Counted from the first letter of the stretch, positions 1 to 10,510 are shown. The stretch: DNA of 31,365 bases from Octopus sinensis (GCF_006345805.1 NW_021832185.1:1-31365), one strand, 5' to 3'. Numbers and translations: made by a program. Notes: generated by a model from the letters alone, not told the origin.

Positions 1-310
1 ACACATACACCACACACACACACACCACACACACACACACACACACATATATACACACACGTACACTACCACCACCACCACCACCACCACCACCACTAGT
101 GTCACCCCCCCCCTCTCGCCACCAGCATCCCCGCTGCCACCATCACGACTGTCGCCACGGTCCACACAACTTTTTGGATCTTTATTTGTTTCATTTCACG
201 ATATACGATTTGCACTCGCTGACATTTCACCGAATTATACAGTAGTGGTGGCGGCGGTGGTGACTTGGTGGTGGAGGCGGCGACGGTGGGTGGTGGTGGT
301 GGTGGTGGGC
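1..310. repeat. (CA)n and (CCA)n/(GGT)n low-complexity tracts
   Basis: CA repeats at 1-60, ACC triplets at 66-96 and GGT/GGC triplets at 244-310; these explain the Pro-rich ORF 102-476. Confidence 0.9.
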
Positions 311-480
311 GTAAGTATGCTGAGCGCGCGGTGTGAGGTGGTGGCTTAAATATCATCCCATCAACTCTCTTAATGTATGCGCATCTACTTATCGAGTCGT
401 ACACATAGACATTACACACAATAAATAATAAACATGCCACATATAAATATATGTATACACATACACACGCACGCACACAT

Positions 481-839
481 TCTTTTATTCTTTTCTTTTT
501 TTTTTTTTTTTTTACTAGTTTCGGTCATTTGACTGTGGCCATGCTGGAGTACCGTCTTGAAAGGTATTGGTCGAGCAAATCGACCTCAGGGTTCATTTCT
601 TAAGCCTAGTACTTTTTCATTCTATCGGTCTCCTTTGGCAAAACCGCTAAGTTATGGGGACGTAAACACACCAACACCGGTTGCCGAACGGTGATGAGGT
701 GAGACACACACACACACATGCGACTGGCTTCTTTCAGTTTCCGTTGACCAAATCCACTCAAAAGGCTTTGGTCGGCTCCAGACTATAGTAGATGACACTT
801 GCCCAAGGTGTCACGCAGTGGCACTAAATCTGGAACCAT
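481..839 (-). mobile_element. SINE family A copy, 5' head truncated
   Basis: Collinear with the full copies at 5310-5723, 15806-16242 and 18268-18740; A-rich tail appears as a T-tract at 481-513. Confidence 0.9.
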
Positions 840-870
840 ATGTATATATATATATATATATATCATAAAT

Positions 871-911
871 ATACATACATACATACATACATACATACAT
901 ACATACATACA

Positions 912-942
<31 letters not shown>
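871..942. repeat. (TACA)n microsatellite
   Basis: Perfect tetranucleotide tract. Confidence 0.98.
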
Positions 943-944
<2 letters not shown>

Positions 945-945
<1 letters not shown>

Positions 946-1421
946 CCAATCTCTAAATACCAATCTTGAGAAATTAGGCTTCTTAAAACCAGAGAAGAGA
1001 AAGCTAATTCAAAGACTACAGATCCAATCCATCACAAGAACTGTGAAAATCTGTAAAGCTTACCCAGAAGTTTATCATTTAAATATATATGATATAAAAG
1101 TATATGCATGAGAATACATACATAAAACATACAAATCTGCACATACATGCACGCATACACACACATACATACATACATACATACATACATACATACATAC
1201 ATACATACATACATGCATACATGCATGCATGCATACATGCATGCGTACATACATACATGCATGCATACATACATACATACATACATACATACATACATAC
1301 ATACATACATACAAGAATACCCTGTTGGTGATGTTGATATTCCAATGAAGGAACCTTGGATCTAGGTTTGAAACCGGTTCTTTCTCTATTGGCAAGAAAC
1401 CTTGAAATAAACTGAATAATG
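945..1421 (+). mobile_element. 5'-truncated R4/Dong-like non-LTR retrotransposon: ORF C-terminus plus 3' UTR
   Basis: From 953 it reads LNTNLEKLGFLKPEKRKLIQRLQIQSITRTVKICK, like the C-terminal LQ...GT.KI motif of R4-clade ORFs. The 3' UTR has an internal (TACA)n and a stem-loop (ccaatgaaggaacc / ggttctttctctattgg). (TACA)n lies on both flanks. Confidence 0.7.
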
Positions 1422-1449
1422 ACATACATACATACATGCATACGTACAT

Positions 1450-1577
1450 AGACTTTGTGGAGTTAACACCGAAGATATCACCCACATCATAAGCAGTTGT
1501 CCAAAAAGGTCACGGTATTATCTACCGATATGATGTTATAGCTAGGACACTCTATAATGAAATCCGTCGGAATAAGA
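1450..1577 (+). mobile_element. R4/Dong-like fragment encoding the CCHC zinc-knuckle region
   Basis: Reads RLCGVNTEDITHIISSCPKRSRYYLP, then after a frameshift DVIARTLYNEIRR, matching the CxxC-x7-H-x4-C...RHD.VA pattern (first Cys lost). Confidence 0.8.
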
Positions 1578-1699
1578 CATACATATATAAATGCGTACAT
1601 ACACGCACATATGTAGGGTGTGCCGTTTTTGGTTGTTATAGCACAGACGTATAAGTTACATATATGTAATATGATGAATTGGAAAACTCCATTTAACTG

Positions 1700-2300
1700 A
1701 GATTATCTAAGTAATAAGAAGACTAAAACTCTCTAAAGGGAATTGAAATCTGAAAAGAAATAGCAAAGGAGATAATTCTTAAAAGATTAGTTAATAGATA
1801 TTTTAGGATAATATAGTCTATGCAAATCGCAGTAGATATGATTCACTGCAATCTTTATAGACCAAGCACCACTAGAAGGGTGGTTTGTTTACTAAATGCA
1901 TGGATGATCTTTGTTGATAGAAGTTTTTCAAGTGATTATAATAAAAATGGGAAATCCTACCTTTTTTTACTTAGGATGTGGTTTCACAGACAAAAAACTA
2001 TATACTTTATAGACAATATCGAACACATATGCATAAGATATGTGTTTTGCTAGTTCGTGGGTAGGCTGCGCTTATAGGCGTAGGAGAATATATTCTCATC
2101 AATGCACATGGTGTTAAAACACCTGGAAGTCATAGACAAGCGAGATAACTCGCATCAGATTCCATTCAAAAGCGATAGACATCGATGTTTCGTCATATGG
2201 TATTGACTAGTCAATACCCTATACCCGAAACTAGGCCCGACGCAAGATATATTGCAGTCAATGACGATATGCAAAATGGTGTAAGAACCATCTGCAGGTA
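1700..2300 (+). pseudogene. Possible highly decayed piggyBac-like transposase remnant
   Basis: Scattered peptides AVDMIHCNLYRPST, LLNAWMIF, FRHMVLT and PDARYIAVND...RTICRY loosely resemble the C-terminal half of PGBD transposases; many stops and frameshifts. Confidence 0.3.
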
Positions 2301-2489
2301 TGTCCCATCGTTTCATACCACGAAAAGAAAAATCTATATATACTCTTTTACTTGTTTCAGTCTTTCATCTTCTCCGGAGTCGATAAAATAATTGAGTCTC
2401 CAGGTTTTGATATAACCGTCAGTCAAATTTAAAGGTGGTGCTCCAGAATGACAGTAATTCAACGATTGAAACCGGGCAAAAAATAATTT

Positions 2490-3305
2490 TAGCATGTGGA
2501 GTAACTATCTAAACCTTGGATTAAAGAACAATAATGAGGTAGAGCAATTTAGCAACTATTTCTAGCATTTGAAGTGACCACCTAAGCGATCTCATATATT
2601 TCACTTAAGTTTAAAAAAAGGAAGAGTGGAAAAATTTAGCTGCTGTTTCTAGCATTTGGAATGACCACCTAAACGGTCACATACATTTGACCTAGGGCTA
2701 CATTAGAGCAATGATCATTAGAAGGACTTGTATTCTGTTTCCAGCAACAACGTGCTAGAAATAACAGTCAAATCTGCCTACTTAGAATTGTTCTTTAATC
2801 GTAGGTCCAATGTTTAAAATATTTCAGGTGGGCACTTTATACGCTAGAACTAGCAGTCAAATCTCTTCGCTTATTTTTCTATCGCTAGAGGTTATATATG
2901 AGATCGTTTAAGGAATCGCTTCGTATGATAGAAATAACACTCAAATCTCCACCTACATTATTGTTCTGAAGCACAGGCCAGCTGTATGAAAACGTTTAGA
3001 TGGTCCTTGTTTGTGCAAGAAATAACTTTCCTAATTTTGCCACAAAACCAGTTATTTTGAGGGGAGGGGGAAAGTCAATTGTATTAATCCCAGTGCTCAA
3101 CTGTACACAGTTCATCGATCTCGAAAGGATGAGAAGCAAAGTCAACCTCGATGGCATTTGAACTCAAAACGTAAAGCCAACAATAATGCTATCAAGCATT
3201 TTGTCTGGCGCGGTAACAACTCTGCCAGCTCGCTACTGTTTATGCTAGAAATAACAGCTAAATTCTCCTGATAATCATTGTTCTTTGGCAGTAGGTCAAA
3301 TGTAC
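2490..3305. repeat. Diverged ~90-bp tandem array that switches orientation near 2745
   Basis: ttctagca-type units near 2560, 2648 and 2739; reverse-complement tgctagaaataacag-type units near 2753, 2843, 2926, 3014 and 3243. Confidence 0.75.
3027..3236 (-). mobile_element. SINE family C copy (C2 tail), diverged
   Basis: Matches family C body (aaaggatga..gcaaagtcaacctcg..atttgaactca). Imperfect flanking duplication tgtttgtgcaagaaataac (3008-3026) / tgtttatgctagaaataac (3237-3255). Confidence 0.8.
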
Positions 3306-3437
3306 CGCCATCTGGTCCTTGGATAACTTTAGCTGATCCATTCTGTTGGACAGTTCTATGGTCTGGGCGATAACTTTGGCCTTGTCCCTCTTAATCCTGG
3401 CGAGCCTGGAAGAATGATAGGCGCTGCTCTTCCTTCT
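3306..3437 (-). CDS. Candidate internal coding exon (132 nt, phase 0/0) of an unidentified gene
   Basis: Long polypyrimidine tract plus CAG acceptor ending at 3438, GTACAT donor at 3305; the only stop-free frame encodes RRKSSAYHSSRLARIKRDKAKVIAQTIELSNRMDQLKLSKDQMA; more GC-rich than flanks. Confidence 0.55.
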
Positions 3438-3966
3438 CTGATTAAGTCGTGAAAAAAACAAAAAACAAAAAACAAAACGCTGACTGGAGATGATATTCAA
3501 AGCAATTACAATAACAAGAAAATCAACATTATATCTAAGGGTGTGTTACAGTCGGAAAACTCTCCGCTTGATTCTAAAAGTGCAAAAAAGCAAAAAAGTA
3601 AAAAAAAAAAAAAAATACATCGGTGTAAACTTCAGACCCCTTCCCACCCCTGCTTTATTTTTGTTTAAATCGTAATTAAGAAAAACAAGTAAGTGGACTG
3701 AACTTCATAAGACGAGTCCTTTATTAGGAAAATCTATGAATAACTTAGGCCATCTGTTCTTCACACCATTATGTATTGGAAGGAGATGAGGGAGGAGGAG
3801 GGGGAGGAGAACTCCTTAAACAAACACAGCTACTATTAAAGACTTTATCAAGAACATATAAGCTATCATCCTCCCACACTGACACACACATACATACATA
3901 CACACACAAGCACTCGTCCTTGGTTAATCCTGCCTTCTGACAGGCAACAGATAAATATCTACGTAC

Positions 3967-3990
3967 TTTTTCACTCTGATGCCGAACCAT
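3967..3990 (-). CDS. Candidate first coding exon (MVRHQSEK)
   Basis: ATG at 3990, 8 codons, then GTACGT donor at 3966-3961; splices in frame to the 3437-3306 exon across a 529-nt GT-AG intron. Confidence 0.4.
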
Positions 3991-4121
3991 CTGTCTAATT
4001 CTTCACAACTTCTTACTATCTGACACATAGATATTTTGGTACCAGTAGCTTTTTCTTGCTGGATTTGTTCGTTTGCTAAGCTCGATGCTGTTCCTCCTCG
4101 TATTTTATTTGTCTTTAAAGT

Positions 4122-4140
4122 CTCTTTCTCACTCACTCAC

Positions 4141-4200
<60 letters not shown>
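4122..4200. repeat. (CT)n/(GA)n microsatellite just upstream of the candidate start exon
   Basis: Visible dinucleotide tract. Confidence 0.95.
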
Positions 4201-4201
<1 letters not shown>

Positions 4202-4845
4202 TTTTTTGTCTATCTTGACACACAAAAGTTTTAAAAGTTCATCCACAATTTTGACAGAAGCAGTATTAATACCCAAAAAGTAATCTTTATCCCCACTTAA
4301 ATGTGTTTGTGTGTGAGAACACAAAATACTGCGATAGTTATTACGTGAAAACCTCTCCTATAAGCTTTTGGTGCATATAATCACTTTTGTTTACATCACT
4401 AGTGGGAGATAATCTTCCGCAATCTCCGTTGGAACTATCAGATCATGTGATTTCAGCCTTCCTTGGACGTGTCAACGGCATATGAACCCCGGTTGAAAAC
4501 CACTGTATTAGAGTGTCGGAGCATACGACCGTCTGATGAGATATTTTAGAATTTTTACCGGAAATCGATGAAGTTAGCAGTAATTTCATTATGGTCGCCG
4601 AATGTTATTTTACTGTTTCCTGCAAGGGAAGTTATAAACGATGGACTTGGACTTGTCAACACACCACGTGTGTTTGAGCAACCGGGTTGTTATTACAGAT
4701 AAAGATGAATATATTACGAAAATATGAATGATTGGGTTTTACCTTTTCGAATAACGGATCACAAAGAACTCTATTTTTTTTTGGAACAGTGCATCTCGGG
4801 ATACACCATTCAATAAATAAATGAATAGATAAATAAAATAAAATA

Positions 4846-5170
4846 GGCGTTCCTTCGTTTTAACTCGACAAAACCATAACAAGACTTCGGTTGTTTCCGT
4901 GACAACTCGACAATTCACTTCGGATATTTTCGTGACCTCTGAAAATTTGCGGATTTTATATACACACATGAAGCAGGTAAGAACAAATATGCAAGGCTTT
5001 TTGCTGGCATAATTTCGTCATATCTACATTCCACAACACATGAATACATAAAAACAAAACACGGCACACTGTCACGGAGGTCACGAAGAGATCCGAAGTG
5101 AATTGTCGAGTTGACGCGGAAACAACCGAGGTCTTGTTATGGTTTTGTCGAGTTAAAACGAAGGAACGCC
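4846..5170. mobile_element. MITE with ~94-bp terminal inverted repeats
   Basis: 4846-4939 (ggcgttccttcgttttaactcgacaaaaccataacaagac...) is the near-perfect reverse complement of 5077-5170; ATAAAATA on both flanks (4838-4845, 5171-5178). Confidence 0.85.
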
Positions 5171-5309
5171 ATAAAATAAAATATAATAAAAATAAAAAAA
5201 GTAAATAAAATAGAAATAGGATAAAATAAAGGAATTATTTCACGTTCTCCCGCAAGCGTATAAAATTTTTATAAACTTATATAAATGATATTTCATGATG
5301 ACAACAAAT

Positions 5310-5723
5310 TCTTTTACTCTTTTACTTGTTTCAGTCATTTGACTGTGGCCAAGCTGGAGCACCGCCTTTAGATGAGCAAATCGACCCCAGGACTTATTCT
5401 TTGTAAGCCTAGTACTTATTCTATCGGGCTCTTTTTACCGAACCGCTAAGTTACGGGGACGTAAACACACCAGCTTCGGGTTGTCGAGCGATGTTGGGGG
5501 GACAAACACAGATGCTCTAACGTATACACACACATACATATATATACATATACATATATACGACGGGCTTCTTTCAGTTTCCGTCTACCAAATCCACTCA
5601 CAAGGCTTTGGTCGGCCTGAGGCTGTACTAGAAGACACTGCCCAAGGTGCCACGCAGTGGGACTGAACCTGGAACCATGTGATTCGTATGCAAGCTACTT
5701 ACCACACAGCCACTCCTACGCCT
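5310..5723 (-). mobile_element. SINE family A, full length (tRNA-like head, CORE-like segment, internal microsatellite, GTAAAAGA-repeat tail)
   Basis: Minus strand starts aggcgtaggagtggctgtgtggtaag (A box), then ggttcagtccc (B-box-like) and cttgggcagtgtcttc (CORE-like); near-identical to other copies. Confidence 0.92.
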
Positions 5724-6066
5724 ATGTTGATAAAAAAAAAACAAAAAAAAAACGATAGTCTTCTCATCTAAAAGTGAAACTAAATAAATTGATTACTGTC
5801 GTTCACGTTCTAGCAGGATCTATTCTTTCCCAGATGAGAAAGGGCTTAGTGTGTGAACCTGAGAGGGGAATGTATTCAATAAAATCGTAGTTAATTGATT
5901 CTCCTGTACTTACTTTTACCCAAAGCCAGTAACTTTTCAGCACCCCTTCGTATATCTATGGCGGTTTTAATACTTATAAAGCAAATAGCCGTTTCATAAT
6001 GTTTATATACATGTGCACAGAATCTCCAAAAGTCTAAATAACATCATTAAGAAAGATATACAAAAG

Positions 6067-6185
6067 CAGAGGTTCTCAACCATTTAAAAAACCTATAAAC
6101 CATTTTGATTCTTATTTTATTTGTATGAACCCTCATATCCACTCGTTGCTTAAGAAAGCTTCTGTTATATTTGTATCATTATATA
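6067..6185 (+). mobile_element. hAT-like MITE left end (family E)
   Basis: Starts cagaggttctcaacc (hAT/Charlie-like terminus); interior resembles 15710-15800 and 16775-16860. Confidence 0.45.
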
Positions 6186-6186
6186 T

Positions 6187-6470
6187 AGGCGCAGGAGTGG
6201 CTATGTGGTAAGTAGCTTGCTTACCAAACACATGGTTCCGGGTTCAGTGTGTTTATGTGTACATGTATATATATGTACATACACACACACATATATATAT
6301 ATACAAGCATGCATATATGTGTGTGCATGTATGTATGCATATATGTGTGTGTATGTATGCATGTATGTATGTATGTGTGTGTGTATGTATATGCACATAT
6401 ACATATACACACATATATATATACACACACATACGCATACACATACACATGTACACACGCATATATGTGT
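6187..6470 (+). mobile_element. SINE family A head running into an expanded (TG/TA) microsatellite
   Basis: aggcgcaggagtggctatgtggtaagtagcttgcttacc...ggttcagt at 6187-6249. Confidence 0.85.
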
Positions 6471-7624
6471 CAGATGAAAGCCTTCTCACATTGTGAGACA
6501 TCTGTAAGTCATTGGATTTTAGTGGCAGATTTGTACAGCACATTTACCATTCTCTCAGTCGCCATAAATAGGGATCAGTGGAAAGAACTGCAAGATGTCT
6601 GATACTATATCGACTGCAAGATTTATATTAGAGTATCTTTCTCCTAGCAGAGCTTCCCCCCCACCCCCACGGCTTTGTTCAAAATAACGAGAGCCTTCTC
6701 CACTTCTGGAAAGTCTGTTTAACTCATAGATAGGACCCTGACAGATTCTACCGTTCCGAGTCAGAACGGAATTGGGAGTAATGGTAAGGGATGACTCCAC
6801 ACTTCTCCACAACCTCAGAATTCACGAGCTGGAGCCTTATCACCAGATGCATTTTGAAATGTATTAACTGACGAAAGACTTACGTAAAGGATGAATTTTC
6901 TGTTATCCATTACGTAATGATCTAAAACGTACACACTAAACGGTTTCAAAATATTGATATTTGGATTGAATTTGTTATAATACTCTGTGTGTGTATGTGT
7001 GTGTATGTATGCATATATGTATGTGTGTGTATGTATGTGTGTCTATATGTGTGTGCATGTGTATGTGCATGTGTGAGTGTGTATGTGTGTGTATGTGTGT
7101 CTATCAAAACTGATCAAGCCCATTGATAAAAGTTGCATATTAATCTGAAAATACAAAGATTTTTTAAAATTTCTTATTTTCCTCATTTTGCGTCTAGCTT
7201 TAGCCAATCAGCTGAATTGTCTCAAGAGTACGATGGTTACGATAAACCAATAGATCAATTACGATGTCGTCTGCCGATAATACGTCCTGGGAGAAAGCTA
7301 TCTAAGTTTCAGCAAATTTTTGTGTAATGCATATGTTTCTGAAAAACACAAAATCCCAACTTTATTGCAATTAATTACGGTGGTTGGAAATAATTTGTCG
7401 ACTTTTTAACAAAGTGACTGAAATTCGATTGTAAAAAGAAAGGAAGTATATTACCATTGAGACGTCGATGACACTGGAAATTCATTTTCGTGTAGAATTT
7501 TCCTGAAGAATGGTTCCCTTAGCCCGTAGTGAATATAACCTGTATAATTAGAATATAATAAATCTATTTCTTTGTGTTACACATCTTTATTGTGGAAGTT
7601 TAAAGGAAAACGAGAATTATTATC

Positions 7625-7777
7625 GCAAGCATGGTTGTCTGGCTCTGAAGATCGCTTTGCAATTACGTGATTTCAGATTCCATCCCACTGCGTGGCACCT
7701 TTGGAAGGTGTTTTCTTCTAGAACACCAGGTTAATTAATGCCTTGTGAGTTGGTAGATGGAAACTGCGTAGAAGCCC

Positions 7778-7781
<4 letters not shown>
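7625..7781 (+). mobile_element. SINE family A 5' half, diverged
   Basis: cccactgcgtggcacctttgg...gccttgtgagttggtagatggaaactg..gaagccc matches family A. Confidence 0.75.
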
Positions 7782-7811
<30 letters not shown>

Positions 7812-7903
7812 TAGATAGATAGAGAGATAGATAGCAAAGGTAAGACAACAAAAGAATGAAAGAGATTTCGATATTATATAAATAGAGGAATTTTTCTCTA
7901 TAT

Positions 7904-8082
7904 ATATATGTGACAATTATTCGGTACCATGATAAAACTCCGAGTTTCGGATGTCGAGGGGAAACCCACGCCGCCATCTCTTCAGTTATCGGGCCATCGA
8001 AAAAAAGATGGCGGCGTGGGTTTCCCCTCGACATCCGAAACTCGGAGTTTTATCATGGCCACCGAATAATTGTCACATATAT
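7904..8082. mobile_element. Near-perfect ~76-bp-arm inverted repeat, probable Penelope-type inverted pseudo-LTR pair
   Basis: 7904-7979 is the reverse complement of 8006-8082 except at one site; contains a hammerhead motif. Confidence 0.75.
7931..7990 (-). ncRNA. Type I hammerhead ribozyme motif
   Basis: Minus strand: GATAA (stem I) - CTGAAGA - GATG...CATC (stem II) - C GAAA - CTCGGAG TT (short stem III, GUU site) - TTATC (stem I). Confidence 0.75.
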
Positions 8083-8086
8083 TTAC

Positions 8087-8140
<54 letters not shown>

Positions 8141-8185
8141 AATATATAATATTATATATATATATCTATCTATGAAAAGAAGAGA

Positions 8186-8566
8186 GAAGACATAGAAAAT
8201 TCTTTAACACATCTTTAATTATAAGTTCACATGTTTCCATACTATCTCCATTTGCAACGCCCATTTATGCGAAAATTTTAAAAGAAAAATTTCCTAACAT
8301 ATGCGGTTTTAGGCATTGGAGAAGCACTTCCTCTGACTTGCATCAGACCTTCTATACTTTCATTACATCAAGGTTTGACAAACACACGCTGTAATAGTAT
8401 GACTTTGATGCAAGTTTGAGGAAGTGGCTCTCCAAACTCCAAAACCGCATATATTAACTAATTTTTCTTTTAGAATTTTCGTGAAAACTGGCATTTCAAA
8501 TGGAGATGGTGTGGAAGCATGTGTAACTTATAATAAAGGACGTGTTAAAAAATTTTCTTTGTCTTC
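8186..8566. mobile_element. Old foldback/MITE-like element with ~160-bp imperfect inverted arms
   Basis: Paired segments include ctccatttg/caaatggag, atatgcggtttt/aaaaccgcatat, cacttcctc/gaggaagtg and acttgcatca/tgatgcaagt. Confidence 0.8.
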
Positions 8567-8743
8567 CTTTCATTGGGTTATTTACTCTTCGCCAAACCAT
8601 ATGAGAGAATAATCGTCATGAAACTTGGATTTTCTGCACCAGAAGTATTCCGGTCTTGGCTTGGATCCCGACAGTGTTGATAGCCCAGTATTCGTGTTGA
8701 GTGCTTCTCTGGAAATACCCCAGCTTCACATCCAACTGACTTT

Positions 8744-8747
8744 ATAT

Positions 8748-8778
<31 letters not shown>

Positions 8779-8976
8779 GTATTTGTGTGTGTGGTGTGTG
8801 GTGTGTGTGTGTGTGTGTGTGTTGTGTGTGTGTGTTGTGTGTGTTTGTGGTGTGTGTTGGTGTGTGTGCGTGCGCGCGCATACTAGTTGAGCACAGGGTC
8901 GATGTAATCGTCCTTACCCACGCTCAGAAGTTTGCTAGCCTTGAACCGAAATTTGAAACCAAACTCTCTCTCTCTT

Positions 8977-9008
<32 letters not shown>

Positions 9009-9434
9009 CATACATGCATACATACATACATATACATACACACACACACACACACACACACTATATATATATATATATGTATATATCTCTCTCTATCTAT
9101 CTATCTATCCATATATCTATCGATACATATATACATACACGCAAACATGAAACATTCTCCTACTGTCCATGTCTATCCGACGTTGTGTATGGCTCCGTCT
9201 CATGGAGTGTTTGAGCGCGACGCACAGCAAGTTATTACCAAACGAGATATTTGGAAGTGCTTTTGCTCTGGTTTGTATGTTTAATTTCCTGGCAGGTGGA
9301 AACATGATCTCGTCGGCACACCAGTATATATATATATAACTCACTCACACAAACAGGGTCTGTATGTGTATATGTATATAATACACATTCCATTCATGAA
9401 TATATAATATATATATATATATATGTGTGTGTGT

Positions 9435-9485
<51 letters not shown>

Positions 9486-9580
9486 CATTCCATTCATGCA
9501 TATTTATTTTCACACACACATGAGTGTATGTATATTACACACACAGACACAGACACAGTTACACACACACACACAGATTG
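8744..9580. repeat. Cluster of (TA)n, (TG)n, (CT)n and (CA)n microsatellites with a SINE C 3' fragment at ~8882-8962
   Basis: Visible tracts; agttgagcacagggtcgatgtaatcg matches the family C 3' part. Confidence 0.9.
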
Positions 9581-9763
9581 TTCTGGTACAATGATAAAAC
9601 GTCTGTCATGTAGACAGATAACGTGGGATTCACTACTTCCATACAAGGTTCTTCTTCTTTAACTTAGTACAAATTTACACGCTTTATAACTTCAGCTATT
9701 TCGCGTTCCACCGTTAAAAACGATTTATTTCATGTTTTTGAAAGTTTCTATATTATGACCTAA

Positions 9764-10081
9764 GTGAAGGCGCGTGGCTTAGTGGTTAGGGCATTCGGCT
9801 GACGATTGTAAGGTCGTCAGTTCAATTCCCGGCGACGAGTTGTATCCTTGAGCAAGACACTTTATTTCACGTTGCTCCAGTCCACTCAGCTGGCAAAAAT
9901 GAGTTGAACCTGTATTTCAAAGGGTCGGCCTTGTCACACTCTGTGTCACGCTGAGAACTGCGTTAGGGGTACACGTTTCTGTGGATTGCTGAGTCACTTG
10001 CACGTTAATTTCACGAGCAAACTGTTCCGTTGATCGTATCAGCTGGGACCCTCGTCGTCGTAACCGACGGAGTGCTCCTCT
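9764..10081 (+). mobile_element. SINE family B, full length, with target-site duplication
   Basis: A box tggcttagtgg, B box gttcaattccc, CORE-like tccttgagcaagacacttt; flanked by tattatgacctaa (9751-9763) and tattatgacgtaa (10082-10094). Confidence 0.9.
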
Positions 10082-10151
10082 TATTATGACGTAAAATATA
10101 TATACACGTACATAAAGGATGATACTAATGACGTAAGCACAAGTTACTCCT

Positions 10152-10325
10152 TACATATATACGATGGGCTTTTTTCAGTTTCCGTCTACCAAATCCATTC
10201 ACAAGGCTTTAATCGGCCTGAGGCTATGGTGGAAGACACTTGCTTAAGGTGTCACGCAGTGGGACTGAACCCGGAACCATGTGCTTGGTAAGTAAGCTAC
10301 TTACCACACAGACATTCCTACGCCT
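10152..10325 (-). mobile_element. SINE family A 5' half
   Basis: Matches 5555-5723. Confidence 0.9.
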
Positions 10326-10334
10326 ATCTTAATT

Positions 10335-10436
10335 ATCTTAACAAAAGAAACGAATGGAAAACAAGACAAGTAACATAAAGAACGACCCTTCATCAGTTGT
10401 CAGCTGCTTTATCTACTCCACATTTCGAGCAATTAC
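10335..10436 (-). mobile_element. Repeat fragment with hammerhead-like cores (related to 27718-27960)
   Basis: Minus strand ctcgaaatgtggagtagataaagcagctgacaaCTGATGAagggtcg parallels 27721-27765. Confidence 0.5.
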
Positions 10437-10510
10437 GACAATTTCACGAGCAGGCTGTTCCGTTGATCAGATCAGCCGGAACCTTCGTCGTCGTACCCGA
10501 TGGAGTGCCA
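10437..10510 (+). mobile_element. SINE family B 3' fragment
   Basis: aatttcacgagcaggctgttccgttgatcagatcagccggaacc...ggagtgcc. Confidence 0.85.

Noticed and set aside
102-476. 124-aa proline-rich ORF
   Set aside because: Built from (GGT)n and (TG)n repeats; no convincing splice signals or recognisable domain.
3390-3437. bZIP basic region in the candidate exon
   Set aside because: Lacks the invariant Asn and the correctly spaced leucine heptads.
6715-6860. Resemblance to an RTE-associated 5' region repeat
   Set aside because: Based on recall only, single copy in the window and no translatable motif.
9150-9285. Possible RTE-type RT fragment (VYPTL / YGSVSW)
   Set aside because: Too short and degenerate to support without a search.
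9764-9835. Functional tRNA gene (also 16890-16950, 20940-21013, 22515-22590)
   Set aside because: A and B boxes are present but there is no complete cloverleaf, and each continues into a repeat body.
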